Below, piece by piece: positions 49,313 through 60,359 of a stretch of DNA of 64,000 nucleotides. Both the position numbers and the translations under genes were made by a program. Location of the stretch: assembly GCA_036229005.1 (NCBI GenBank), contig JAZAMN010000011.1, positions 64,001-128,000 on the forward strand. Reading direction: 5' to 3'. Source of the DNA: Myxococcota bacterium. GTDB lineage: Bacteria; Myxococcota_A; UBA796; CAJQPC01. How positions within the stretch are numbered: position 1 is the stretch's first letter; each line of letters opens with the position of its first letter. The notes beneath the pieces are model-generated. The model was not told where the DNA came from. It was given only the letters and a program-made list of their open reading frames with translations, and searched no databases.

Positions 49313-50008
49313 GTGAACAAGGTCTACGCGTCGGCCCAAGAAGCCGTCGCTGACATCCCCGACAACGCCGTGCTGATGGCGGGAGGCTTCGGTCTCTGCG
49401 GCATCCCCGAGACGCTGATCGCGGCTCTCGTGGAGGCAGGCCCCGCTGGCCTGACCTTCGTGTCCAACAACGCCGGCGTGGACGACTTCGGGCTGGGGCT
49501 GCTGCTCCAGACCCGCCAGATCAAGAAGATGATCAGCTCCTACGTGGGCGAGAACAAGACCTTCGAGCAGCAGTTCCTGAGCGGCGAGCTCGAGGTGGAG
49601 CTCACCCCCCAAGGCACCCTGGCGGAGCGCATCCGGGCAGGCGGCGCCGGCATCCCGGCCTTCTACACCCCCACCGGCGTCGGCACGCTGGTCGCCGAGG
49701 GCAAGGAGACCCGCGAGTTCGAGGGGCGCACCTACGTCCTGGAGCGCGCGCTGACCGCCGATTTCGGGCTGGTCAAGGCCTGGAAGGGCGACACCCACGG
49801 CAACCTGGTCTTCCGCAAGACCGCCCGGAACTTCAACCCCATGATGGCCATGGCCTCGCGCATCACCATCGCCGAGGTCGAGGAGCTCGTGCAGCCCGGG
49901 GAGTTGGATCCCGATGAGATCCACACCTCCGGCATCTTCGTCCAGCGGATCATCCAGGGCGACCACTACGAGAAGCGCATCGAGCGCCGCACCGTGAAGG
50001 AGGGCTGA
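49313..50008 (+). CDS. scoA: 3-oxoacid (succinyl-CoA) CoA-transferase subunit A
   Basis: [17 protein letters not shown] and [26 protein letters not shown] before GTG. Confidence 0.93.
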   Translation: MNKVYASAQEAVADIPDNAVLMAGGFGLCGIPETLIAALVEAGPAGLTFVSNNAGVDDFGLGLLLQTRQIKKMISSYVGENKTFEQQFLSGELEVELTPQGTLAERIRAGGAGIPAFYTPTGVGTLVAEGKETREFEGRTYVLERALTADFGLVKAWKGDTHGNLVFRKTARNFNPMMAMASRITIAEVEELVQPGELDPDEIHTSGIFVQRIIQGDHYEKRIERRTVKEG

Positions 50009-50011
50009 GAG

Positions 50012-50668
50012 ATGGCCACCGACCGCAATGGCATCGTCGCCCGCGCCTCCCAAGAGCTGCGCGATGGCTACTACGTGAACCTGGGCATCGGCATCCCGAC
50101 CCTCGTCGCCAACCACATCCCCCAGGGCATGAACATCGTCCTGCACTCGGAGAACGGCCTGCTGGGCATGGGGCCCTTCCCCGCCGAAGCCGACGTGGAC
50201 GCCGACCTGATCAACGCCGGAAAGCAGACCGTTACCGCGCTCCCCGGCGCCGCCTTCTTCGACTCCTCCACCAGCTTCGCGATGGTCCGTGGCGGCCACG
50301 TCGACCTGACCATCCTGGGCGCCATGCAGGTCTCCGAGCGCGGCGACCTGGCCAACTGGATGATCCCCGGGAAGATGGTCAAGGGCATGGGAGGCGCCAT
50401 GGACCTCGTCGCCGGAGCCCGCCGCGTGGTGGTCACCATGACCCACACGAACAAGCGAGGGGAGACCAAGGTGCTCAAGGACTGTGGCCTACCGCTGACC
50501 GGCGTCGGCTGCGTCGACCTGGTGATCACCGATCGCTGCGTCTTCGAGGTGCGTGAGGGTGCGCTCGTCCTGACCGAGCTCGCCCCCGGTGAGAGCGTCG
50601 AGTCCATCCGCGAGGTCACCGAGGCGGACTTCACGGTGGACGGCCCCAAGCCCATGTTCGTGGGCTGA
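50012..50668 (+). CDS. scoB: 3-oxoacid CoA-transferase subunit B
   Basis: [14 protein letters not shown] and [10 protein letters not shown]. Confidence 0.93.
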   Translation: MATDRNGIVARASQELRDGYYVNLGIGIPTLVANHIPQGMNIVLHSENGLLGMGPFPAEADVDADLINAGKQTVTALPGAAFFDSSTSFAMVRGGHVDLTILGAMQVSERGDLANWMIPGKMVKGMGGAMDLVAGARRVVVTMTHTNKRGETKVLKDCGLPLTGVGCVDLVITDRCVFEVREGALVLTELAPGESVESIREVTEADFTVDGPKPMFVG

Positions 50669-50672
50669 AGAC

Positions 50673-50707
50673 TCCGGAGGCTCCCCTCACCAGGAGGAGC
50701 CTCCCGG
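50673..50707. terminator. Hairpin between convergent scoB and guaB
   Basis: ggaggctcc...ggagcctcc inverted repeat. Confidence 0.6.
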
Positions 50708-50711
50708 GCGC

Positions 50712-52187
50712 TCACCCCATGCGGTAGTTGGGCGCCTCTTCCGTGATGGTCACGTCGTGCACGTGGCTCTCACGCAGGCCGCTGGACGACATCCGCACAA
50801 AGTGCGTGTCCTCCTTCATGGCCTTGATGTCCTTGGAGCCCGTGTAGCCCATCGACGCGCGCAGGCCGCCCACCAGCTGGTAGACGACATCCGCCACCGG
50901 GCCCTTGTAGGGGACCCGACCGGAGATGCCCTCGGGCACGAGCTTGCGGGTCTCGGCCTCGGGGTCGCCGACCAGGGCGTCCTCCTGGAAGTAACGATCG
51001 GCGGAGCCCGCCTTCATCGCCTCCATCGAGCCCATGCCGCGGTAGCGCTTGAAGCGGCGGCCACCCAGCAGCACGACCTCACCGGGGGCCTCGGAGGTGC
51101 CGGCCAGCATGGAGCCGACCATCACGGTGTCCGCGCCGGCTGCGATGGCCTTGGCGACGTCACCGCTGAACTTGATGCCGCCGTCGGCGATGATCGGGAC
51201 ATCGTGCTTGCGGGCGACCTCGAAGCAGTCGGAGATCGCGGTGAGCTGCGGGACACCGACGCCGGCAACGACGCGGGTCGTGCAGATCGAGCCGGGACCG
51301 ATGCCCACCTTGATGGCGCTCGCGCCGGCCCTGATGCAAGCCTCGGCGGCGCCGGCGGTGGCGATGTTGCCGACGATGATGCGCAGCTCCGGCCAGGTCT
51401 GGCGGGCTGCCTCGGCGGCTCGGAGAACCCCGGCGCTATGTCCGTGGGCGGTGTCGATCACGACCGCGTCCACGCCGGCGTCGACCAGCGCCTGGATCCG
51501 CTCGTTCTGACCGGGGCCCACCGCGGCGGCGCAGCGGAGTCGCCCGCGCTCATCGGTCACCGCCAGCGGGTAGCGGGTGGAGAGTTCGATGTCCTTGATG
51601 GTGATCAGGCCCTTGAGCAGCCCGGCGCCATCGACCACCAGCAGCTTCTCGATCTTGTGGCGCTGCATCAGCTCCTTGCAGCGCTCAAGGTCCGTGCCCG
51701 GGGGGACCGTGACCAGCTCATTGGAGGTCATCACGTCCCGCACGGGCAGGTCGTGGCGCTTCTCGAAGCGCAGGTCCCGGTTGGTGAGGATGCCGACCGC
51801 GCGACCATCGACCGTGACCGGGACGCCCGAGATGCTGTGCAGCCGCATCAGCGCGCGAGCCTGCCCGATGCTGTCGCCCGGCCCCACGGTGATGGGATCC
51901 GCGATCACGCCCGTGACCGCCCGCTTGACCTTGGTGACCTCGGCCGCCTGCTGCTCGGGGGTGAAGTTCTTGTGGATGACCCCCATTCCGCCGACCCGGG
52001 CCATCGCGATGGCGGTTCCAGCCTCGGTGACCGTGTCCATGGCCGCCGAGAGGAGCGGAACGTTCAGGTGCAGGTCGGCCGTCAGACGGCTGGAGACATC
52101 CACCTGGTTGGGCAGCACATCGGAGGCCGCGGGCTGGAGGAGGACGTCGTCGAAGGTGAGTGCCAGACGGGGCTGCTTCTCGAGCAT
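50712..52187 (-). CDS. guaB: IMP dehydrogenase
   Basis: [20 protein letters not shown] pair, [11 protein letters not shown] and YRGMGS. Confidence 0.97.
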   Translation of the reverse strand: MLEKQPRLALTFDDVLLQPAASDVLPNQVDVSSRLTADLHLNVPLLSAAMDTVTEAGTAIAMARVGGMGVIHKNFTPEQQAAEVTKVKRAVTGVIADPITVGPGDSIGQARALMRLHSISGVPVTVDGRAVGILTNRDLRFEKRHDLPVRDVMTSNELVTVPPGTDLERCKELMQRHKIEKLLVVDGAGLLKGLITIKDIELSTRYPLAVTDERGRLRCAAAVGPGQNERIQALVDAGVDAVVIDTAHGHSAGVLRAAEAARQTWPELRIIVGNIATAGAAEACIRAGASAIKVGIGPGSICTTRVVAGVGVPQLTAISDCFEVARKHDVPIIADGGIKFSGDVAKAIAAGADTVMVGSMLAGTSEAPGEVVLLGGRRFKRYRGMGSMEAMKAGSADRYFQEDALVGDPEAETRKLVPEGISGRVPYKGPVADVVYQLVGGLRASMGYTGSKDIKAMKEDTHFVRMSSSGLRESHVHDVTITEEAPNYRMG

Positions 52188-52312
52188 GTGAGCTCCTTTG
52201 CGGCGGGGTAACCGAGCCGGAGAGGCCTGCCGCCCAGGGACACGCAATGGTTGCAGGGGGATCGAGGGAATCCAATGGACGATCCGTGGGTCGATCCTGC
52301 GCCCCGTCAGGG

Positions 52313-52342
52313 TTGACACTGGGTTGTCACCTGCCGTAGAAC
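52313..52342 (+). promoter_or_regulatory. Sigma70 promoter with overlapping palindromic operator upstream of the TPAT operon
   Basis: TTGACA-N18-TAGAAC, with TGACA-N6-TGTCA at 52314-52329. Confidence 0.55.
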
Positions 52343-52400
52343 GCACTGCAACTGCGTCAGTCGGCCATTCCGTCGTTCCCCCCTGACCTGTGGAGAGACA

Positions 52401-53279
52401 ATGAATCGCGTGTGGATCCTGGCTCCTGTGCTCACCCTCGGACTGGTCGCTTGCGGCAAGAAGCACGAGGGCAACTACGAGGTCGCTGAGGCCGCCGCTG
52501 ACGCCCAGAACTCCAACGTGGAGCTGATGGTGACAGGCGCGGACGCTCTCTGGGAGAAGCGCGGCGAGGAGGAGTCTCTCCGCCAGGCCCTTGCCGCCTA
52601 CGAGGGGGTCGTCAGCGCCGACCCCACCAACCGCCACGCCTACGCCCGCCTCACCCGCGGCTACTACTTCCTGGGGGACGGCGTCCTCACTGAGCCGGCC
52701 GCCAAGGGCGAGGCCTGGAACACCTCCGTGAGCTGGGGCAAGAAGTGCCTCGCGCTCAACAGTGACTTCGTCGGGCGGGTCGAGTCTGGTCAGACCGAGG
52801 CCGAGGCCGGCGCCGCCTTCGGCCAGGAGGACATGCCCTGCATGTACTGGATGGCCAGCTCCCTCGGGAAGTGGGCCAAGGCCGAGTCCCTGGCCACCAT
52901 CCTCCAGTACAAGGATCAGATCTACGCCTGGATGCTCCACCTGGACGCAACGGATCCGGAGTACTTCTACGCCGCCGCTGACCGCTACCTGGGCGCCTAC
53001 TGGGCTGCCCTCCCCAGCTTCGCTGGCCAGGACCTCGACAAGAGCCAGGAGCACTTCCTGGCCGCCATCGAGGCCAACCCCGACCACTTCGGCAACCGGG
53101 TCCTCTACGCGGACTACTGGGCCAAGAAGACCCAGAACAAGGAGGTCTTCCTGGAGCAGCTCAACATGGTCGTGAGCGGCGATCCCAGCGTCATCGAGGG
53201 CCTCGAGCCCGAGCAGCGCGCCGAGCAGGTCAAGGCCCAGGCGCTGCTGGATCAGGCCGACGACCTCTTCGTCGATTGA
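52401..53279 (+). CDS. tatT: TRAP transporter TatT (T-component) lipoprotein
   Basis: GLVAC lipobox. [39 protein letters not shown] motif. Directly precedes dctP. Confidence 0.82.
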   Translation: MNRVWILAPVLTLGLVACGKKHEGNYEVAEAAADAQNSNVELMVTGADALWEKRGEEESLRQALAAYEGVVSADPTNRHAYARLTRGYYFLGDGVLTEPAAKGEAWNTSVSWGKKCLALNSDFVGRVESGQTEAEAGAAFGQEDMPCMYWMASSLGKWAKAESLATILQYKDQIYAWMLHLDATDPEYFYAAADRYLGAYWAALPSFAGQDLDKSQEHFLAAIEANPDHFGNRVLYADYWAKKTQNKEVFLEQLNMVVSGDPSVIEGLEPEQRAEQVKAQALLDQADDLFVD

Positions 53280-53305
53280 ACTTCCCCTCTCCCGGAGCGC
53301 TCCCC

Positions 53306-54331
53306 ATGAAGAAGACCTGGATCAAGGCCGCTGGTGTCAGCGCGGTCGCCCTCGCTGTCCTGGCCACCCCCACCTCGGAGACCCAGGCCCAGGCCCAGTA
53401 CACCCTGAACTTCGGCACCGTCGCGCCGGAAGGCACCCCCTGGGCTGACCAGCTCCAGTCCTTCCGCAAGCGCATCCAGGACGACTCCAACGGCGCCATC
53501 AAGGTCGTGGTCCACCACGGCACCATGGGCGGCGAGATCGAGATGAGCCGGGACTGCCGCCGCGGCGAGCGCCTCCAGGGCGTCGGCGTGTCCACTGGTG
53601 CCCTCTCCGAGGGTGCCGGCGTTCCTCTGCTCCAGCTCCCCGAGCTCCCCTACCTCTTCCGCAACGAGGCCGAGGCCGACGCCGTCCTGGACGAGGTCCT
53701 CTACGAGCCCGTCGCCAAGCAGCTCGACGCCAAGGGCTTCGTGTTCAACACCTGGGCCGAGAACGGCTGGCGCAACTTCGCCACCAAGGGCGGCCCCGCC
53801 ACCACCCCGGAGGAGCTCGCCAAGTTCAAGATGCGCTCCCAGGAGTCCATGGTCCACACGGGCATGTACAAGGCCCTCGGGACCCAGGCGGTCGCCCTCC
53901 CCACCTCCGAGGTGCTGCAGTCCCTGAACACCGGCGTGGTCACCGGCTTCGACAACACCCCGCTGTTCTCCCTGGCCGCCGGCTGGATCAACCCGGTGAC
54001 CCACTACACGCTGTCCCGGCACATCTACCAGCCCGCCGCCATCGTGTACTCCAAGCGCTTCATGGCCCGCCTGAGCCCGGACCTGCAGAAGGTCGTGGAG
54101 GGCGATCCCGCCAAGGAGGCGTCCATCGGCCGAAAGGCCGTGCGCGCCCAGGAAGGCGACATGCTCGCGGTCATCAAGACCAAGGGCATCGAGATCGTCG
54201 ACCTCAGCGACGCTCAGCGCCAGGCCTTCGCCGCAAAGACCCAGGGGGTCCACATGGACTTCGTGGCAGCGAACCCCGGCGTGAAGGGTGAGTACGAGAA
54301 GACCATGGCCAAGCTCAAGGCCATGCGCTGA
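53306..54331 (+). CDS. dctP: TRAP substrate-binding protein (TPAT P-component)
   Basis: [23 protein letters not shown] and [11 protein letters not shown]. Confidence 0.9.
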   Translation: MKKTWIKAAGVSAVALAVLATPTSETQAQAQYTLNFGTVAPEGTPWADQLQSFRKRIQDDSNGAIKVVVHHGTMGGEIEMSRDCRRGERLQGVGVSTGALSEGAGVPLLQLPELPYLFRNEAEADAVLDEVLYEPVAKQLDAKGFVFNTWAENGWRNFATKGGPATTPEELAKFKMRSQESMVHTGMYKALGTQAVALPTSEVLQSLNTGVVTGFDNTPLFSLAAGWINPVTHYTLSRHIYQPAAIVYSKRFMARLSPDLQKVVEGDPAKEASIGRKAVRAQEGDMLAVIKTKGIEIVDLSDAQRQAFAAKTQGVHMDFVAANPGVKGEYEKTMAKLKAMR

Positions 54332-54394
54332 GCTTGCTCCGCCGCGCCGAGCCCTGAGTCCCAGGCGCTCGGCGCGCTCGTGCCTGGAGGCACC

Positions 54395-56950
54395 GTGTAT
54401 CGCCTGTTGACGGGATTCTTCGACGCCTTCGCGGGCGTCATTGGCGGGGTACAGGGTGGGATCCGCAGGGGCTGGAGGGCCTTCGCGGACGGTCCAGGCC
54501 AAACGCTGGTCTTCTTCCTGATCCTCAGCTTCACGGCACTGCGCCTCATCGTCGAGGACACGCTGGAGTGGATCGATCGGGTCATCGCCTGGCTCGAGAA
54601 GGCCATCATCGCGGTGGCCCTGCTGGCCATGACGGCCTTCTCCTTCCTGGACTACCTCCGCCGCGAAGCCGGCGTGGAGGCCCTGGAGGTCGAGGGTGGC
54701 CCCAACATGGCCATGCTGCTCATGGTCTGGGTAGGTTTCCTGGGCGCCTCCCTCGCCACCCGTCGCGGCGAACACCTCAGCGTCGACGCCACCGACCGGA
54801 TCCTGTCCCCGGGCGCCGCCAAGATCGCCAAGCGCTTCTCCGCGCTGGTGGCCGCCGGCCTCTCGTGGATCCTGATGAAGAACGCCTGGATGCTCACCGC
54901 AGAGGGCATCGAGTTCGGCGACACCATGGAGGGCCTGGTCGTCTGGCCCGCCCTGGTCACTCCCCTCAACTTCATCATCGGCAGGCTGCCCGGTGCAGAC
55001 GGGATCGCCTGGCCGGCGCTCCTGGGCTTCGGCCTGGTGTCCGCCATCGCCATGCGCCAGCTCCGCCGGTGGGAGCCCCAAGACAAGGCCGCACGGGAGC
55101 GCCAGGAGGCCCTGAACCTCCGTGACATCACCAACCCGGAGCTGCGCCCCAAGCTCCTCCGCCGCGCCGGACTGACGGCCCTGGAGGCCCTCGCGGGCGT
55201 CACCGGTGGGCTCGCCCTGCTGGCCGCTCTCCCGCTCATCTGGGAGCCCACCCTGGAGTTCGGCGACCCCGTCGTCTGGCCCAGCGTGGAGCCCGACGCC
55301 GGCTTCCCCATCTGGCTGGGCAACGTCGTCCTCCCCATGGCCTTCGCATTGATGGCCCTTCGCTTCGGCGTCGCCGGCATCCTCGGCCGCTTCAGCCCTG
55401 GCGCGGACGCCACCGAGGACGACGGCCCCATCGGCGCCAAGAAGCCCTCGGGCACCCGCACCCGGGCCGACAGCGTGATCGCCGGCTGGTTCCCTGGGCT
55501 GCTGCTGGGCGTCGGCGCCACCCTGGTGCTCGGCAAGCCCGCCATCATCCTCATCTGCGCCATCCTGCTGGTGCTCGTCGGCGCCCCCCTCTTCGTCGCC
55601 ATCGGCGTGGCCGCCTTCGCCAGCGTGGTCATCCTGTCGGACGGCGTGTCCGGCGTGGCCGTCGTCTCCGACATGTTCGAGGCCACCAAGAAGCAGGAGC
55701 TGCTCGCCATCCCCTTCTTCGTGCTCGCCGGCAACATCATGACCCAGGGCTCGCTCGCTGAGCGTCTGGTCGGCGTCGCGCGCGCAGCCATGGGCAAGAC
55801 CCCCGGCGGCCTCGGCCTCGCCACGATCTTCGCCTGTGTGATCTTCGCGGCCATCTCCGGGTCCTCACCCGTGACCGTCATCGCCATCGGCGGCCTGATG
55901 TTCCCCATGCTGCTCAAGGACCGCTACCCCGAGTCCTACAGCACCGGCGTCCTCGCCTCCGCTGGCTCCCTGGGCATCATCATCCCGCCCAGCATCCCGA
56001 TGATCCTCTACGCGGTGGTGACCTCCAACCCCCGCAACCCCATGAGCCCCATCGACCTCTTCCTGGCCGGTCTGCTCCCGGGGCTCTTCATCGCTGGCGT
56101 GCTCGTCGTCTACACCCTCTACGTGACCCGCCCCTCCGGCGGCGTGGACATCAAGATCCCCAAGGTCGAGGGCGGCTGGCTCAAGAACATGGGCCGCAGC
56201 CTCAAGCGCGGCATCCTCGCGCTGATGCTCCCCGTCCTGATCCTGGGCGGCATCTACGGTGTCTTCGCCCCCATCGGGATCCGCTTCACCGTGACCGAGG
56301 CCGCGGCCGTCTCGGTGGTGTACGCGATCGTCATCGAGCTCTTCGTCCACCGCGAGATGAGCCCTCGCCAGCTCACCAAGGTGCTGGTCGAGTCCGGCGT
56401 GATGATGGGCAGCCTCTTCGTCATCATCGTGCTCGCCATCGCCTTCAACAAGTTCCTGGCCTTCGAGAAGATCCCCGACCAGGCCACCGAGTGGCTCGCC
56501 GCCCACGTGGACTCCAAGTGGGAGTTCCTGCTCCTGGTCAACCTCTTCCTCATCGCGCTGGGGATGGTCATGGAGATCATCTCCGCCATCCTCATCGTCG
56601 CCCCGCTCCTGGCCCCGATCGCCTCGAGCTTCGGCATCGACCCGATCCACTTCGGGATCATCTTCATCGTCAACCTGGAGCTCGGCTACCTCACCCCGCC
56701 GATGGGCATCAACCTCTTCGTCGCCAGCACGGTGTTCAAGCAACCCATCGTCAAGGTGATCAAGTCGGCCCTGCCCTTCCTCTTCCTGATGGTGTTCTCC
56801 CTGGCGGTCATCGCCATCTTCCCCACCCTCTCGACCGCGATGCCCTGCGCCGTCAACAATGACTTCGACCGGGAGGCGACCGCGGCCTGCATCTGGCCGG
56901 ACGAGCCCCCCGCCGATACCCAAGAGGCAGACAGCCCCGGAGCCGACTGA
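54395..56950 (+). CDS. dctQM: Fused TRAP DctQ-DctM permease with extra TM insertion
   Basis: WVGFLGASLATRRGEHLSVD, FAAISGSSPVT, GIIIPPSIP and GYLTPPMGINLF. Confidence 0.9.
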   Translation: MYRLLTGFFDAFAGVIGGVQGGIRRGWRAFADGPGQTLVFFLILSFTALRLIVEDTLEWIDRVIAWLEKAIIAVALLAMTAFSFLDYLRREAGVEALEVEGGPNMAMLLMVWVGFLGASLATRRGEHLSVDATDRILSPGAAKIAKRFSALVAAGLSWILMKNAWMLTAEGIEFGDTMEGLVVWPALVTPLNFIIGRLPGADGIAWPALLGFGLVSAIAMRQLRRWEPQDKAARERQEALNLRDITNPELRPKLLRRAGLTALEALAGVTGGLALLAALPLIWEPTLEFGDPVVWPSVEPDAGFPIWLGNVVLPMAFALMALRFGVAGILGRFSPGADATEDDGPIGAKKPSGTRTRADSVIAGWFPGLLLGVGATLVLGKPAIILICAILLVLVGAPLFVAIGVAAFASVVILSDGVSGVAVVSDMFEATKKQELLAIPFFVLAGNIMTQGSLAERLVGVARAAMGKTPGGLGLATIFACVIFAAISGSSPVTVIAIGGLMFPMLLKDRYPESYSTGVLASAGSLGIIIPPSIPMILYAVVTSNPRNPMSPIDLFLAGLLPGLFIAGVLVVYTLYVTRPSGGVDIKIPKVEGGWLKNMGRSLKRGILALMLPVLILGGIYGVFAPIGIRFTVTEAAAVSVVYAIVIELFVHREMSPRQLTKVLVESGVMMGSLFVIIVLAIAFNKFLAFEKIPDQATEWLAAHVDSKWEFLLLVNLFLIALGMVMEIISAILIVAPLLAPIASSFGIDPIHFGIIFIVNLELGYLTPPMGINLFVASTVFKQPIVKVIKSALPFLFLMVFSLAVIAIFPTLSTAMPCAVNNDFDREATAACIWPDEPPADTQEADSPGAD

Positions 56951-57771
56951 TGTCCGCCACCACCACCCTGGCCAGCAAGGACGGCACCCGCCTCCGCATG
57001 CTTCGCTGGGACCCCCAAGGTGAGCCCATCGGCAAGGTCCTCATCGTGCACGGCTTCGCGGAGCACATGGGCCGCTACGAGCACGTCGCCGGCGCCCTCA
57101 CCGCCCGGGGATGGACCGTGTTCGGCCTCGAGCTGCGCGGACACGGCGCGTCCGAGGGCGAGCGGGGCCACATCCTCCACTGGTCCGACTACGCCGACGA
57201 CGTCGATGCCGCGCTGGCCGAGATCGCCGACCCCGCGTTCGTGCTCTGCCACAGCATGGGCGGCCTGGTCATGTCCTGGCACGGCATCGAGCGCCAGCGC
57301 CCCCAGATCCAAGGCGTGGTCTTCACCAACCCCCTGATGGGCACCGCCTTCGAGCCCGCCCGGCTCAAGGTCATGGCGGGGCGCCTCCTCTCCAAGCTCG
57401 CCCCCGGCGTCGACCTCCCGGGAGAGGTGGACCCCCAGAACATCTGCCGGGATCCCGCCGTGGTGGACGCCTACGTGAACGACCCCTTGGTCTTCACCAC
57501 CATGAACGCCCGGTGGGCCATGGAGGTCCTCGCGGCCCAGCGCCTCATCCACGAGCGCGCCCGGGACTTCAAGCACCCCGTGCTCCTGCTCGTCAGCGAC
57601 GGCGACAAGATCTGCTCCGCCGAGCGCTCCAAGGCCTGGCTCTCCCAGGTCGGGAGCCCCGACAGCAGCCTGCAGGAGTTCGGGCCGCTGTACCACGAGC
57701 TGATGAACGAACCCGAGAAGCAGCAGGTCCTGGATTCGATCTGCGACTGGCTGGAGGCCCACCGTGCGTGA
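56950..57771 (+). CDS. Alpha/beta hydrolase, lysophospholipase/monoacylglycerol lipase family
   Basis: VHGFAEHMGRY, LRGHG, HSMGG nucleophile elbow and YHELMNE. Confidence 0.88.
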   Translation: MSATTTLASKDGTRLRMLRWDPQGEPIGKVLIVHGFAEHMGRYEHVAGALTARGWTVFGLELRGHGASEGERGHILHWSDYADDVDAALAEIADPAFVLCHSMGGLVMSWHGIERQRPQIQGVVFTNPLMGTAFEPARLKVMAGRLLSKLAPGVDLPGEVDPQNICRDPAVVDAYVNDPLVFTTMNARWAMEVLAAQRLIHERARDFKHPVLLLVSDGDKICSAERSKAWLSQVGSPDSSLQEFGPLYHELMNEPEKQQVLDSICDWLEAHRA

Positions 57772-58300
57772 GCGCTTGATCACCCTGTTGAAGGAACTCT
57801 CCTACGAGCGCAAGCGCGTCGTGCTCGCCAGCGGCCTGGAGTCCGACTTCTACGTCGATGGCCGCCAGACCACCCTCAACGCCGAGGGCTCCTGGCTCAT
57901 CGGCAACCTCGTCCACGAGGCCCTCAAGCCCGAGGTCGTGGGCATCGGCGGCCTCGTCGTCGGCGCCGACCCCATCTCCGCCGCCACCGCAGCCGTCAGC
58001 TTCCACCGGGGACGCCCCGTCCAGGCCTTCCTGGTCCGCAAGGAGCCCAAGGGCCACGGCATGAAGCGCCACATCGAGGGCCGCCGCAACCTCCCCGACG
58101 GCAGCCCCGTCTGCATCGTGGAGGACACCTGCACCACCGGCGGCAGCATGCTCCGGGCCATCGACATCGCCGAGGCCGAAGGTCTCCGCGTCGTGCAGTG
58201 CCTCACCATCGTCGACAGGAACGAGGGAGCTGTGGAGCGCCTCGCGGCGGCTGGGCACACCCTCCAGGTCCTGGTCCATCGCCACGAGCTCGAGTCCTGA
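57764..58300 (+). CDS. pyrE: Orotate phosphoribosyltransferase
   Basis: LASGLESDFYVD, RKEPKGHG and VEDTCTTGGS. Confidence 0.93.
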   Translation: MRERLITLLKELSYERKRVVLASGLESDFYVDGRQTTLNAEGSWLIGNLVHEALKPEVVGIGGLVVGADPISAATAAVSFHRGRPVQAFLVRKEPKGHGMKRHIEGRRNLPDGSPVCIVEDTCTTGGSMLRAIDIAEAEGLRVVQCLTIVDRNEGAVERLAAAGHTLQVLVHRHELES

Positions 58301-58301
58301 G

Positions 58302-58318
58302 CCCAAGCGAGGTCACCC
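58302..58318 (-). repeat. Dispersed 17-bp motif, copy 3
   Basis: CCCAAGCGAGGTCACCC on the + strand at the pyrE/yigZ junction. Confidence 0.8.
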
Positions 58319-58912
58319 GTCCGTGATCTCGATCGAGCCCGCCCCGAGCTCCTGCAGCTCCTCCTTGAGCCCGCTGACCGCCTCGACAGGCACCGCGAGC
58401 CGAAGCTGCACGGCGTGGTCCCACTGCGCATCGGTGACCTCGCCTGCGAACCGGGTGATCAGCCCGCGCACGGGCCCCTCCAGCGAGTAGGTGCACCGCA
58501 AAGTGAGGGGCAGGGTCGCAGCCTCCTCGACCCACTGGACCTGCTCAAGCGCCAGCGCGGCGGCCTCTCCGTAGGCCCGCACCAGCCCCCCGCAGCCCAG
58601 CTTGGTCCCGCCGTAGTAGCGGGTCACGATCACGACCGTCTGCTCGGCCTCGGCGGAGTCCAGGCGGCGAAGGATCGGCAGACCGGCCGTCCCGTTGGGC
58701 TCCCCGTCGTCCGAGCTGCGCCGTTGTTCGGGATCGATGCGCCAGGCAAAGCAATGGTGGGTGGCGTCCGGCATCTCCTCGCGGAGCTCCTGGATCAGCG
58801 CCATGGCCTGCTCCGCGTCCAGCGCCCGGTCCAGCGTGGCCAGGAAGCGGGACCCCTTGATGGGATCCAGCGCGACACGGACTCGGGAGGCGGGGCGACG
58901 CAGCAGCGGCAT
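58313..58912 (-). CDS. yigZ: YigZ/IMPACT family protein
   Basis: IKGSRF, DATHHCFAW, SDDGEPNGTAG and RYYGGTKLGCGGLVRAY. Confidence 0.92.
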   Translation of the reverse strand: MPLLRRPASRVRVALDPIKGSRFLATLDRALDAEQAMALIQELREEMPDATHHCFAWRIDPEQRRSSDDGEPNGTAGLPILRRLDSAEAEQTVVIVTRYYGGTKLGCGGLVRAYGEAAALALEQVQWVEEAATLPLTLRCTYSLEGPVRGLITRFAGEVTDAQWDHAVQLRLAVPVEAVSGLKEELQELGAGSIEITDG

Positions 58913-58951
58913 GGCTCCCCAGTATCCCGCCGGAGCAGATAGGTTGTGGCC

Positions 58952-60343
58952 ATGCTCACTCCCAAGATCTTCGCTGACCGCCGCGCCGCCCTCGCCAACA
59001 CCCTCGGCCGCCCCGTGCTGCTGATGGGCTGCGGGACGCGCCTGCGCAACCTGCCCATGAACCACCTGCCCTTCCGGCAGGACAGCAGCTTCCTGTACTT
59101 CACGAACTGCGCGATGCCCGACGCGGCGCTGCTGATCGACGGCGAGCACAGCACCCTCTTCCTGCCCCCCGCCGCGGACGACGACGCCCTCTGGCACGGG
59201 CACGTCGAGACCTTCGCCGACCACCGGGAGCACTACGGCGTGGACGAGGTCGCCGACATCTCCACTCTGGAGGCCCGCTGCGAGGGCAAGGAGCTCGCGA
59301 CCCTGGCCGTGGCCGATCCCGCCCCCACCGCCCGCGCGGCCGCCATCACTAGGCTCCCCCTGCGCTACGGCAAGCAGAACGGCAGCGACGACCTGATCGA
59401 CGCCATCATCCGCATGCGCCGCAACAAGAGCCCCGAAGAGCTCGAAGAGCTGCGCCACGCGGCCGTCTCCACCGCCGAGGCCTTCCACGCCGTCATGGCC
59501 GCGACCGAGGTCGGCGGGAGCGAGGCAGAGCTGGCGGCGCTGTTCACCGGTGTGCTCTACGCCCGCGGCCTGGAGCCCGGGTACCACCCCATCGTGACCG
59601 TGCGCGGCGAGGTCCTCCACAACCCGCACCACAGAAACCCCCTCCGCGAAGGCCAGCTCCTGCTCCTCGACGGTGGGGGCGAGCGGCCCAGCGGCTACAC
59701 CGTCGACATCACCCGCACCTGGCCCGTCGACGGCGTGTTCACCGGCCGGCAGCGCGCCGCCTACGAAGCCGTCCTGGAGTCGCAGCTCGCCGCGATCGAC
59801 AAGGTCCGCCCCGGCGTGCGCTACCGCGAGGTCCACGACACCGCCGCCCGCGTCCTGACCCGCTGGCTCCGCGACGAGGGCCTGCTCCGCGGCAGCCAAG
59901 ACGAGCTCATGGAGGCCCACGCCCACGCCGTCTTCTTCCCCCACGGCGTCGGTCACCACCTGGGCATGGACGTCCACGACCTCGAGCAGTTCGGGGACCG
60001 CGCCGCCTACGCGCCCGGCCGCAGCCGGGATCCCCACTTCGGGACCGCCTACCTGCGCATGGACATGGACCTGGAGCCGGGCCACGTCGTCACCATCGAG
60101 CCCGGCTTCTACGTCGTGCCCGCCATCCTTCGGGACGACACCCTCCGGGAGCGGCTGGGGGCCAAGGTGAACTGGGCGCTCGCCACCGAGTGGGCCCACT
60201 TTGGCGGGATCCGCATCGAAGACGACATCCACTGCACCGACGGCCACCCCGAGGTCATCACGGCGACCACCGTCAAGGGAATCTCCGACATCGAGGAGCT
60301 GGTCGGCAGCGGTGTCCCCGCCTCCCAGCGCCTGCGCCGCTGA
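58952..60343 (+). CDS. pepP: Xaa-Pro aminopeptidase
   Basis: FRQDSSFLY, DITRTWP, HGVGHHLGMDVHD, TIEPG and GGIRIEDD. Confidence 0.92.
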   Translation: MLTPKIFADRRAALANTLGRPVLLMGCGTRLRNLPMNHLPFRQDSSFLYFTNCAMPDAALLIDGEHSTLFLPPAADDDALWHGHVETFADHREHYGVDEVADISTLEARCEGKELATLAVADPAPTARAAAITRLPLRYGKQNGSDDLIDAIIRMRRNKSPEELEELRHAAVSTAEAFHAVMAATEVGGSEAELAALFTGVLYARGLEPGYHPIVTVRGEVLHNPHHRNPLREGQLLLLDGGGERPSGYTVDITRTWPVDGVFTGRQRAAYEAVLESQLAAIDKVRPGVRYREVHDTAARVLTRWLRDEGLLRGSQDELMEAHAHAVFFPHGVGHHLGMDVHDLEQFGDRAAYAPGRSRDPHFGTAYLRMDMDLEPGHVVTIEPGFYVVPAILRDDTLRERLGAKVNWALATEWAHFGGIRIEDDIHCTDGHPEVITATTVKGISDIEELVGSGVPASQRLRR

Positions 60344-60359
60344 CCTGTGCGCCGCCGAC

